Positions 33,085 through 41,758 of a stretch of DNA of 44,425 bases are shown one piece after another. The notes under the pieces are model-generated. The model worked only from the letters and a program-made list of their open reading frames with translations, was not told the origin of the DNA and searched no databases. A program made the position numbers and the translations under genes. Origin of the DNA: a virus; the IMG/VR virus record IMGVR_UViG_3300031910_000474; one strand, given 5' to 3'. The first letter of the stretch is position 1; each line of letters begins with the position of its first letter.

Positions 33085-33810
33085 ATGTTCAACGAACCGC
33101 ATCGCAGACAACCGCGCACAACTCGCCGGGCGATTCACGATCCGATCGACGGCGTGACCGAGATCGCCGGGATCCGCGCCGCGACAGGCGCGGCTTCGAA
33201 TGCCGCAGCAACCGCAGCGGCCACGGGCGCAGGATACGGCGAACAGGCGGGCGGCATCGGCGGAATGCTCGTGCCGTATCTCGAGAATCAGATCACGAAC
33301 CCGATGGGATTCGGGCCTGCGGCGACGAACGCCATGCTCGTCGAGGGACTCGAGGGCGCAGGCGGTGCGGCATCGAGCCTCGCCGGGGAAGCCGGGCTGC
33401 GTGCCGCCCGCTCGCGCAATGTCGGCGGCGCGACCGGGATCCTCGATGAACTTTCCCGCGAGAAAATGCGCACCTCGGCAGGCGTCGGCCTGGATGTCGC
33501 AACGAAGAACGCGCTATTGCAGCAGCAGCAGCGATCGCAGGCGCAGGGGCAACTCGAAAACCTGTACGGCACCGACGTCGGCGCGCAATTGAAGGCGCAG
33601 TCGCTTGTGCCCGAGGACATCAATGCATGGACGAATGCCAGCAAATCGGGCTGGTTGCAGAACGTCGAAGGAATGATGGGCGCGGTCGGCGGCCTCGCAG
33701 GCGGCCTCGGCGGCGGCCCGGGAATCGCAAAACTTTTTAACCTCGGCGGCGGCGGAAATCCTTACGCCGGGCAGACGACTTTCGGCGGAACTGGCGGCGG
33801 GGCGGCTTAA
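33085..33810 (+). CDS. Gly/Ala-rich putative internal virion protein (241 aa)
   Basis: G/A-rich with hydrophobic stretches. Precedes the two large internal-protein-like ORFs. Confidence 0.5.
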   Translation: MFNEPHRRQPRTTRRAIHDPIDGVTEIAGIRAATGAASNAAATAAATGAGYGEQAGGIGGMLVPYLENQITNPMGFGPAATNAMLVEGLEGAGGAASSLAGEAGLRAARSRNVGGATGILDELSREKMRTSAGVGLDVATKNALLQQQQRSQAQGQLENLYGTDVGAQLKAQSLVPEDINAWTNASKSGWLQNVEGMMGAVGGLAGGLGGGPGIAKLFNLGGGGNPYAGQTTFGGTGGGAA

Positions 33811-33812
33811 AA

Positions 33813-35573
33813 ATGGCAGACGAACTTGTCCGCAAACCGGACGACGACGAAGAAGACGAAGAACGGCGATCACGCTACGCCACGGGCGAAGCGGAACCTG
33901 CGCGACCTTTGCCGCCCGTCAGTTTCGGCGAGCCGGACACGGCGGGCGCAATGCCCTCGATCGAACAGCGCCGTCCGCTCGAGGGCACGAGTCCATATAC
34001 GCGCAGCGTGATTCGCGGCCTTGAGGAGCAGCAGGCGCGCCATGAAGCGCCCGTGCACGGCGTGTTTCCGAAGATCGGACGCGTTGCACGGGACATCGGC
34101 GAAGTCGCGGGCAGTGCCGTTGCCCCGGGCGTCATGATGCAGATCCCGGGCACACGTCTGAACACCGCAGCGCAATTGGCCGGGCAGCGTGAACTTCTCG
34201 AGGGACAACTCGGGCGTGAAGCGCGCACCGAAGAAGCCGCCGAACGATCGCGCATCGCGCAGGAACAGGTCGACGTTGAGCGGCAGAAAGCGGGCTTGCC
34301 AAAACTGATCGAAACCCCGGGCCTCGAACGCCGCTGGACAGACGAGCAGGGAAACGAGCACCTCGAGATGCCAGTTGTGACGCCGGGACAGGGCGCGGAA
34401 TATCGCGAGCTCGGCCCGACGATGCTGCAGCCGCGTGCTGCGCCGGGAACGATTCAGCCCGTCGCAACCGGACCCGCACCGCCAGCGGGCGCGCCTGCCG
34501 CAGCACCGCCAGAACGCAAATACACTTACGGGGCACCGAAGCAACTGACGCCCGAGCAGCAATTGAAAGAAACTTTCATGGGGTACTGGGGGATCCCTGA
34601 ACAGAATCGCACGCCGGAACAGCAGCAATTCGTGAACGAGCACATCGGACAGTTCGGCAAGGAAGCGCCGATTACGCAGCCCGATATGCGGCAGAAGAAC
34701 GACTCGATGAACGACGACTACGCCCGGGCGCAGAAGGCGCTCGGAAACGATGCGCCGAAACCGAATCTGATCCAGGCGAACGATAATTACGACACTGCGG
34801 AGAAAAAGCGCACCGACTACGCCGACAAACTTTACAAGGCGTACGAGTCGAAGAAGCAGCAGGACGACCGTCGCGGGCTGCGCGACATTCAGACCGAGCT
34901 CGCGAAAGATAAACTCGACAAGGAACGGAACGATGCGTCGGCGCAGTCCGATCAGGCTTATTACGGCTTGTACGCGCAAAAAAATTATCAGAATCGGATC
35001 CATACGTGGCACACGAGTGGAAACTTCGGCAAGGATTCCGGCCTGATTCACGAGCAACTCGGCGAGCACGGCGGCGGCGGCATGAACCTCGGACCATTCG
35101 CGGGCCTGCTCGCATCGACGCCGCAGGGCGCGGTCGCGGCGGTCGGGGCCGACATGCTGCTCGGTTCGGTGCGCAATACGCTGAACGGCTACCTCGACAC
35201 GGCGAAAAAGGCGGGCATCTCGGATCCCGGTTATCAGGCGATGACCGCTTACGCGAACGCGATCGTCGGGCGCATGCAGTACGAACTCGGTGCCGCCGGC
35301 GTGAAGGCAAGCGCGCTGCGCATGCGTGACGTGATGCAAAAAGTTTTGATGACCGTACCGCCGCCGAACACCCCGCCCAGCGAGTTCGATCGCGCCTTCA
35401 ACCAATACTATAAAACGATGGAGCAGGCCGTCGGACGCCGGAAGTTCGGCACGCCGAAGGATTACATCGCGCCGACTTTTGAAAGCGTGTTTCCGCCCGA
35501 GCAGCCTGCAGCTGCAGCGCCCGCCGCAGGCGGCAAAGGAAAATGGAATCCGGTCACGGGCAGGTACGAATAA
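33813..35573 (+). CDS. Putative internal virion / ejection protein (586 aa)
   Basis: Acidic N-terminus, Pro-rich linker with PGTIQPV, and a hydrophobic segment MNLGPFAGLLASTPQGAVAAVGADMLLG. Confidence 0.5.
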   Translation: MADELVRKPDDDEEDEERRSRYATGEAEPARPLPPVSFGEPDTAGAMPSIEQRRPLEGTSPYTRSVIRGLEEQQARHEAPVHGVFPKIGRVARDIGEVAGSAVAPGVMMQIPGTRLNTAAQLAGQRELLEGQLGREARTEEAAERSRIAQEQVDVERQKAGLPKLIETPGLERRWTDEQGNEHLEMPVVTPGQGAEYRELGPTMLQPRAAPGTIQPVATGPAPPAGAPAAAPPERKYTYGAPKQLTPEQQLKETFMGYWGIPEQNRTPEQQQFVNEHIGQFGKEAPITQPDMRQKNDSMNDDYARAQKALGNDAPKPNLIQANDNYDTAEKKRTDYADKLYKAYESKKQQDDRRGLRDIQTELAKDKLDKERNDASAQSDQAYYGLYAQKNYQNRIHTWHTSGNFGKDSGLIHEQLGEHGGGGMNLGPFAGLLASTPQGAVAAVGADMLLGSVRNTLNGYLDTAKKAGISDPGYQAMTAYANAIVGRMQYELGAAGVKASALRMRDVMQKVLMTVPPPNTPPSEFDRAFNQYYKTMEQAVGRRKFGTPKDYIAPTFESVFPPEQPAAAAPAAGGKGKWNPVTGRYE

Positions 35574-38500
35574 ATGGCAAACGGTGACGATCTCGAAACC
35601 GTACAGCACGAAACGCTCGGCGCGCTGAAGTTTCCGCGTGACATGCCCGCAGCCGAACGGCAGGAAGCGATCGATCGCGTGATCCGCCAGAATCACGGGC
35701 TGCCTGAGGGCACGGACCTGCACGCAAAGGAAGTGCCCTCAGGCGTCGATCGCGACCGATATATCAACGCGGCGTATGAGGCGAGCGGCGAAATGAAAGG
35801 CGCAGCCGCACCGACATCGGCGCGCAACGTGTTTGCAAAGCCGGAAGGAAAAACGGCAAGCGAACAAGCAGGCGAAGCAGTCAAACGAGGATGGCGGGCG
35901 CTGATCACACCGCCGCCGCCACGGCTTGCGGCTCAAGGCCCGCCTCGAGAAACGATGAGCGCGCAACCGACGTTCTGGCAGGGAGTCGAAAACTTGGTGG
36001 GGCAAGGGCCCGGCCAGATGGAATCCCGCGCGCCTGCTTACGAGAATATGACGCCGGAAGGCCGCGCCGAGCATCCGATCCTGTCCCGTGTCGGCGACGT
36101 GACACGCGGCGCGAAAGAATACGGCGGCATGCTGCTGAACCTTGGCGGGCTGCTCGCCGGGCCTGAGTACGAAGAGTTTCCGAACGCAGCGCCTCGGCCT
36201 GCGGCCCGTGCTCCCGGCTCGCAGATGCCAGCGGTGCCGCGCACGACGCTGCGCGACATCGGCAATGTGCTCGAGCAGGAAATGAACCGGCCGCCGCAGC
36301 CGCGTGTCGAAGCACGGTTTGATGAAGCGGCACACGAACTTTTCGGGCAGTCTTACGAGAATCTGAATGCGCAGCAAAAGCAGGCCGTCGCACGGCGTGC
36401 CGTCCCGGCGCCGACCGAACGCGGAACGATCCAGCCTGTCGAGCGCCGCGCTGGACCTGCAGGGCCGCCGCCCGCTGGCCGCACCGAGCAGCGCGGCATG
36501 CCTTGGGTTCAGGAAACTTTCGGACGCGCTGCGCCGGGCGCGGAGTCCGACATTGATCTCGAACTGCGAGCTCCCCCTGCGCCCGGAACGATCGAACCTG
36601 TCGGCACGGCACCGCCGCCGCCGAAACCAGCAGCAGCACCGCAAGGCGGCAGAGTTGTCCGTGGCGGCAAGGTTGTACCCGAAGCAGGCGCGCCGCCGCC
36701 CGGCCCGGGGTTCACGCGGGAAACAAAAGGCGGCGCGGAGTGGGCCGTTGATCCAACCGGGAAGTACCGCATTTCAGTTACGCCGCAGATGAGCGAAGCA
36801 GACATCGGCGCGAAATTGAACGAACAGATCAAGGCGCAGCAGGCATTGCAGGCGCGACTGAAGCAACCGCCGCCGCAGCCTGGAACACCTGAACGACCGC
36901 CGCCGACTGCCGCTGCCGAAGAAGCGGATCCACTTAAACGTGAATTCCCTGACGCTGGGGTTCGGCGCTTCGCCCGGGCGAACGGGCCCGAGTTCGTGCG
37001 CGCCACGGAAAGCGAACCGGAAGCGCGGCAGGCCGTTCACGATTTGACGAACGTCGAAGTCCGGCAGGCGGCGATCAACGCCGGGATCGACGTGGGCGCA
37101 AAGCATGTCGGGCAGAAGATCGGCCTCGGCCCGGAGCAGGTTTCGCGGCAGGAACTGATCGCTGAAATGCTGAACCGGGGGATCCCGGCGCGGCAGATTC
37201 CCGATCTCGCAAAGCCGCAGACAACGGAATTCTCGGCGGGCGAACTGAAGCAGGGCGACACGTTCGTCGACGATAAAGGCGAGCCGCGCCGCGTTGTCGA
37301 CATTGAAGACGGCAAGATCAAAACTGCCGACGGCACCACGCGGACGTATGAAGGCTCGATCGAATCGCAGACCGATCTGAACTCGCCGAAGGCGCAACTC
37401 GCCCGCGGCGGAAAGTTTATCGCGCACGAAGCGGCAGGCGTTCACGAGGATGATCTGCCACGGGACGCGAAGGTGCCCGACGTGCGCTGGCAGGAACAGG
37501 ACCTGCAGGACACGGCGAAGATGGTCGACGAGAAATCGATCGCAAAGGATTACGGCCCTCGGAAAAAGGGCGTGCCGTTTTCCGTTTATCAGTCGTACAT
37601 TCCGATGGAAGATATGCCGACGCCGAGGATCGTCGAAGAGGAAGAAGAAGATCCCGAACTCCGCAATTTCGGCTGGCGCGAAGACTATGTGCCTTTCCGC
37701 AGCAGCCCGCCGATCAAAGTCCGCATCACCCCGGAAGGAAAACTCGAGATCCTTGATGGCGCGCACCGCACGGCGTTATGGGAAGACATGAACATGACGC
37801 ACGCGCCGGCATGGGTTGTCGACGAACGCGGAAGCGGAATCGAGAATCTCGCGGAAGAAGAAAAAGGCGAGCGCGGCTTTGCGCCTGGAACTGAGATCCG
37901 TTACGCAGGCGAGAAGCCTGAACACATGGAAGAGTTTTTTACGGCGGTGCAGAACACGCCCGGCGCGGCAATGAATCGCGACGGCTCGATCACGCTCGAT
38001 CTCGGTCGGCGGCAGTTGCATGAACAGATCGGGCAGCGTGCGATCCGCAGCGGGGTGTTCTTCTCGCCGGAAGCGAATTCACCTTTCGGTCGCGGGTACA
38101 CGGGGCGCACGGGATACGGCGGCCCGATGCGGATCACCGAGGAGCAGGTGACGTTCCGCAAGCCGATCGTCGCAAAGGGCGCGACAGGCGGCAAGGTTCC
38201 CGAGCGCGTGTACGACGAACTGAAAGGAAAAGGCGCGTATCAAGAGATGCGTCAGGACGTAATCGATCGCGTGGTCGGCTGGCAACTCACGCCCGAACAA
38301 AAGATCCAGCGCGTCGGCGACGTACTCGAACGGTACGGCAGTCGGCGAGATTTCGCCGACGACATCGTGCGTCACAGCCGACTCAGTAATCAGTTGCCTT
38401 ACGCCGTGCAGGAACACATCGTCGCGCAGGCGGTGCGTGACGCTGGATACGACGCTGCGGTCGGCTATTCGAAAACGAAAGGACAGTGGCGGCTCTCGGA

Positions 38501-38942
38501 AGTTTTCGATGTGAAGCGGCAGGCATATCCTACAGGCAGCACGCGTGCTTCACGCGAACCGTGGGATCTCGGAAAGCAGAACGATGTGCCGTCCGAGGAA
38601 GGCTACGTGTACCATGCAACGAATGCCGACCGTCTGCAGGAAATCGCGGACAGTGGAAGCCTGAAAACACACCGCCCCGACTACGGAACAGAACAGGATC
38701 GATGGCCGGACGGTTCGAGTGACAAGCGCAGTTACTTCACACGGCGAGCCGACCACGCGTGGCAATTCGCGCCCGAAGAAGGCCGTGGCGTGATCGTGCG
38801 CATGAAGGAAAACCCGAAGTTTCATTCAGTCGAATCGACGGGCGACGTGTACGCGACACAAACGATCAACTCACGGCATCTCGAGTATTTGGACGCGAGC
38901 GGAACGTGGCGTCCGGTTCAGGATCTGCGCGGCGCGAAATAG
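35574..38942 (+). CDS. Large multidomain (polyvalent-like) virion protein with a ParB-like domain (1122 aa)
   Basis: PPIKVRITPEGKLEILDGAHRTALW matches the ParB N-terminal DGxHR box (nt ~37690-37830). Pro-rich linkers contain GTI(Q/E)PV twice. The C-terminal ~110 aa begin GYVYHATNADRLQEIADSGSL. Confidence 0.6.
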   Translation: MANGDDLETVQHETLGALKFPRDMPAAERQEAIDRVIRQNHGLPEGTDLHAKEVPSGVDRDRYINAAYEASGEMKGAAAPTSARNVFAKPEGKTASEQAGEAVKRGWRALITPPPPRLAAQGPPRETMSAQPTFWQGVENLVGQGPGQMESRAPAYENMTPEGRAEHPILSRVGDVTRGAKEYGGMLLNLGGLLAGPEYEEFPNAAPRPAARAPGSQMPAVPRTTLRDIGNVLEQEMNRPPQPRVEARFDEAAHELFGQSYENLNAQQKQAVARRAVPAPTERGTIQPVERRAGPAGPPPAGRTEQRGMPWVQETFGRAAPGAESDIDLELRAPPAPGTIEPVGTAPPPPKPAAAPQGGRVVRGGKVVPEAGAPPPGPGFTRETKGGAEWAVDPTGKYRISVTPQMSEADIGAKLNEQIKAQQALQARLKQPPPQPGTPERPPPTAAAEEADPLKREFPDAGVRRFARANGPEFVRATESEPEARQAVHDLTNVEVRQAAINAGIDVGAKHVGQKIGLGPEQVSRQELIAEMLNRGIPARQIPDLAKPQTTEFSAGELKQGDTFVDDKGEPRRVVDIEDGKIKTADGTTRTYEGSIESQTDLNSPKAQLARGGKFIAHEAAGVHEDDLPRDAKVPDVRWQEQDLQDTAKMVDEKSIAKDYGPRKKGVPFSVYQSYIPMEDMPTPRIVEEEEEDPELRNFGWREDYVPFRSSPPIKVRITPEGKLEILDGAHRTALWEDMNMTHAPAWVVDERGSGIENLAEEEKGERGFAPGTEIRYAGEKPEHMEEFFTAVQNTPGAAMNRDGSITLDLGRRQLHEQIGQRAIRSGVFFSPEANSPFGRGYTGRTGYGGPMRITEEQVTFRKPIVAKGATGGKVPERVYDELKGKGAYQEMRQDVIDRVVGWQLTPEQKIQRVGDVLERYGSRRDFADDIVRHSRLSNQLPYAVQEHIVAQAVRDAGYDAAVGYSKTKGQWRLSEVFDVKRQAYPTGSTRASREPWDLGKQNDVPSEEGYVYHATNADRLQEIADSGSLKTHRPDYGTEQDRWPDGSSDKRSYFTRRADHAWQFAPEEGRGVIVRMKENPKFHSVESTGDVYATQTINSRHLEYLDASGTWRPVQDLRGAK

Positions 38943-39008
38943 TGTGATACTCTGCTGCGGGTTGTTTCATCTCCTTTCGGGTGAACACTCGGTCACTTCA
39001 GGATCACC

Positions 39009-39040
39009 GGGGCAGGTCGGACAGCCTGCCCCTTCTTCTC
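39009..39040 (+). terminator. Hairpin with a pyrimidine tail after the 1122-aa gene
   Basis: GGGGCAGG (39009-39016) pairs with CCTGCCCC (39025-39032), followed by TTCTTCTCTC. Confidence 0.45.
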
Positions 39041-39052
39041 TCGGAGGACAAT

Positions 39053-39328
39053 ATGCAAATCGGCGATCCGATCAAAGTAACGGGAACGGTGAAGGACATC
39101 GTGCACGCAAAGGACACGAACATCGTGTCGATACTCATGCAGTCGGACGATCTTCCGGGCGCGCCGGGCCGCGAATTCTGGTTTCCAGAGGGACAGGTGC
39201 AGGACAATCCGCCCCCGCAGCCTGCGACTGCGACTGCGACTGCGCCCGCAACGGAGCATGCGGCAAAGCATGCGGCTGAGCCTGCGCCAAAGCACACGCC
39301 AGCGCCGCACGTCGCGCACGGTTCGTGA
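39053..39328 (+). CDS. Hypothetical protein with a P/A/H-rich tail (91 aa)
   Basis: GGAGGA RBS and ATG 39053. This is the last plus-strand gene before the convergent terminator. Confidence 0.55.
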   Translation: MQIGDPIKVTGTVKDIVHAKDTNIVSILMQSDDLPGAPGREFWFPEGQVQDNPPPQPATATATAPATEHAAKHAAEPAPKHTPAPHVAHGS

Positions 39329-39366
39329 TAGAGTCGCCGTAATCTACGTTCTATCTTTTTTGCTCT

Positions 39367-39408
39367 AAGGGCCCCGTCGTCATGGCGACTGCGGGGCCTT
39401 TTTTATTT
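39367..39408 (+). terminator. Rho-independent terminator of the rightward late operon
   Basis: GGCCCCG (39370-39376) pairs with CGGGGCC (39392-39398), followed by TTTTTTATTT. Lies at the convergence point with the leftward operon. Confidence 0.75.
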
Positions 39409-40567
39409 CGAGGTATGCTTCGATGAACGCGACGGCTTGCGGCGCACAGCACGCATTCCCCGCTCCGCGCAGGACGCCCACTCGTCCGGCAGTCCGAGCA
39501 GCCAAAGGGAAAATCTCGGGTTCAGCAGGAACGAGCCGGAAGCGTCCGTCGGTGCAGCGGTGCTGCCGAGCTCCGTGCCAGAAAGATGCGCGAGGCGCGG
39601 CAATTGGTCGAGCCGCTTGCGATCCTCGGTTTGCTGCGTCATTCCGGGCGTGTCTTTCCAGTCGCGGCTTGCGGGCGTCGTCCAGGCTGCGACTTGATTG
39701 TGCAGGCCGTCCGGTTTCCCCCGATGCGCCCCGATATATTCCGAATCTTCCGCTCGTGGTGTCGCCCAACTGGCCGCCCTCGTCAGCGAGTTGTATTCCC
39801 CGCTCGCCCGCGTCCCGTTGTTTGGGTCGTCGCAGTTCGGCGTCGGCCACCCTGCCAACTGTGCTGTTTGTCCCACGGTCAATCCGAATCCGTTGTTGTG
39901 ATATTTTTCCCGACTTACGGCCCGGCGCTGTTTCCACGTCGTATCGCTGTCGTTTTGCGGGCCCGCGTTCGGCGTCGGCCACCCAGTCAAAAGCGCCTTG
40001 TCGTTCAGGCAGAACGTTCTCCCCTGTCCGCGTTGCGGTTTCCCGCCCCGGTCGTCCCTGCCCGTTGCTGTCGGCCACGAAGTACAATCGCTGGCGGATG
40101 TGCGGCGCGCCGACGCCCGCTGCGCAGGTATCGAGCGCCCCGACGGCGTAACCCTCGTTTTCCAGATCAGCCGAAACAGTGTCGAACCACGCGAGTCCGT
40201 CTTTTCCCGATACTTGTTCGCCAAAAATGACGTCAGGGCGAAACTCTCTAATGAGCCGGAACCATGCAGGCCAAAGGTGACGGTGATCGCTAAAGCCTTC
40301 CCGGTTCCCGCTTGCACTGAAACCTTGGCAGGGACAGGATCCACTCCACACGGGAGAATCATCTGGCCATCCAGCCGTTCTAAGGGCGTAACTCCACACG
40401 CCGATCCCGGCGAAGAAATGGTGCTGCGTGTAGCCTTTGAGATCCGCGACGGTGACTTCTTCGATCGATCTTTCATCGATTTCTCCCGGGCATATAAGTT
40501 TAGCGGCGACGAGCTCACGAAGCCACGCCGCCGCAAAGGGATCGTTTTCGTTGAAATAGGCGGTCAC
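39380..40567 (-). CDS. DNA (cytosine-5) methyltransferase. The reading frame is uncertain downstream of about 40070 (see findings).
   Basis: YFNENDPFAAAWLRELV, FFAGIGVWS, SCPCQGFS (PCQ catalytic motif), FGEQV and GAPHIRQRLYF. The likely start is GTG 40567, in a GTGA overlap with the upstream stop. The target-recognition part reads better in the overlapping ORF 39403..40536. Confidence 0.75.
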   Translation of the reverse strand: MTAYFNENDPFAAAWLRELVAAKLICPGEIDERSIEEVTVADLKGYTQHHFFAGIGVWSYALRTAGWPDDSPVWSGSCPCQGFSASGNREGFSDHRHLWPAWFRLIREFRPDVIFGEQVSGKDGLAWFDTVSADLENEGYAVGALDTCAAGVGAPHIRQRLYFVADSNGQGRPGRETATRTGENVLPERQGAFDWVADAERGPAKRQRYDVETAPGRKSGKISQQRIRIDRGTNSTVGRVADAELRRPKQRDAGERGIQLADEGGQLGDTTSGRFGIYRGASGETGRPAQSSRSLDDARKPRLERHARNDAANRGSQAARPIAAPRASFWHGARQHRCTDGRFRLVPAEPEIFPLAARTAGRVGVLRGAGNACCAPQAVAFIEAYLEIKKAPQSP

Positions 40568-40884
40568 AGGTCGAACGCCGCCATGCAGTTCGTCGAGCAC
40601 CAGTACATTCCGAAGCGCGGAAAATTGCATTCGCAATCGCGCTTCACGATCTTGTCGCACTGCTGACAGGTGTGCGAATGCGGCTCGCCATGCAGGCCGA
40701 GCGCGTCACGCGCAATTCCGACGGCCTGCGTTTCGGACTCTTCTTCGATGTCCGAAATCTTTGTGAGCGCCTTGCGGTACTCTTCAATGACGCGCAGGTA
40801 CTTCGACACGTCACCTTCAAGCGCCTCGATGCGCACTTCCTGTTTGCGGATCAGTCCGCGTGCTGCGCTGATTCCGCCGCTCAT
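40564..40884 (-). CDS. Coiled-coil protein with a C-terminal FCS/MYM-like zinc finger (106 aa)
   Basis: ATG 40884 in an ATGA overlap. HTCQQCDK...CEC...YWCSTNCMAAF. Confidence 0.6.
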   Translation of the reverse strand: MSGGISAARGLIRKQEVRIEALEGDVSKYLRVIEEYRKALTKISDIEEESETQAVGIARDALGLHGEPHSHTCQQCDKIVKRDCECNFPRFGMYWCSTNCMAAFDL

Positions 40885-41333
40885 GACCGCCGCCTGTTCT
40901 GCGCCCACACGGCGACGAGCACGTCGGCGATCTCGCTGACCGCCTGCCGTTCGATCTCGGACTGTTCGGGCGCAATGTCGCCGGATTCCCGATCGCGCAT
41001 AACTTCGGTTGCGACGTTCAGTTCGATGAAGTCGCTGATCACTCGGGCGATCGACTCATTGAACGAAGGAAACATGCCCTCGCCGACCGCGAATTCCATC
41101 AGTTGCTGGCAGGCTGCGGCTTCGTCGGCGGTATCGAAAGCATATTCGTCATTGCAGATAGGCACGACGTACTTGATCCGCCCGTCGATCTCGGCCATGT
41201 AGGCATAAAGGTTTCCGCGCTCGGCTTCGAAAATGACGCCGCGCGTCGGTTCGTCGAATCCCGTCGACACGCCGTGATCGTCAAGGTTCGAAACTTCGCG
41301 CACGCTGCGCCATGCTGGTTTGATAATGTTCAC
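40881..41333 (-). CDS. Hypothetical acidic protein (150 aa)
   Basis: GTG start in a GTGA overlap. Confidence 0.55.
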   Translation of the reverse strand: MNIIKPAWRSVREVSNLDDHGVSTGFDEPTRGVIFEAERGNLYAYMAEIDGRIKYVVPICNDEYAFDTADEAAACQQLMEFAVGEGMFPSFNESIARVISDFIELNVATEVMRDRESGDIAPEQSEIERQAVSEIADVLVAVWAQNRRRS

Positions 41334-41758
41334 GACCGCACCTCGTCTTTCACGCCGTAAGTTTGCCGCACGACGTCGACGTCAAACCAGTATCGTTTCC
41401 CGTTGTCGAGGCGTTCCATGAGCACGGGATTGCGGCGGCGCGTGAGGGCATAGCCGACGACTTTATATTGCAAGCCGCCGCGCACGGTGACGGGCTGATC
41501 AAGCCATTCGGGTTTCAGGCGCACGAGTTCGGCGATGCGCTTGTATTCCTCGCGTTCCTTGTCGTTCACGACTCCGCCCTCGCCCTTCGTCGCGAATTCG
41601 AGTTTCCACGTGCAAGAATTGCCGCTTGGGTCGTACACGCAGCGCCCGACCGTCACGCTCAGGTCGAACTGCGTGCGCACCGACGCAAGTGCCTCGTTCA
41701 GCGCGAACCGCACATGCTCTAGTGTTTTCGGATCCAGCCTTTTAATCTTCGTGTTCAT
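41330..41758 (-). CDS. Hypothetical protein (142 aa)
   Basis: ATG preceded by the leader box CGAAAGGGGAAAGCGA. Confidence 0.6.
   Translation of the reverse strand: MNTKIKRLDPKTLEHVRFALNEALASVRTQFDLSVTVGRCVYDPSGNSCTWKLEFATKGEGGVVNDKEREEYKRIAELVRLKPEWLDQPVTVRGGLQYKVVGYALTRRRNPVLMERLDNGKRYWFDVDVVRQTYGVKDEVRS

Noticed and set aside
40567-40660. The upstream 31 codons of the methyltransferase track ORF (GTG 40660, MRQDREARLRMQFSALRNVLVLDELHGGVRP).
   Set aside because: In this stretch the overlapping frame of the FCS zinc-finger gene has much stronger G/C-ending codon bias (about 26 of 31 versus about 14 of 30 by hand count). A GTG at 40567 forms a GTGA overlap with that gene's stop, so the methyltransferase most likely starts there.
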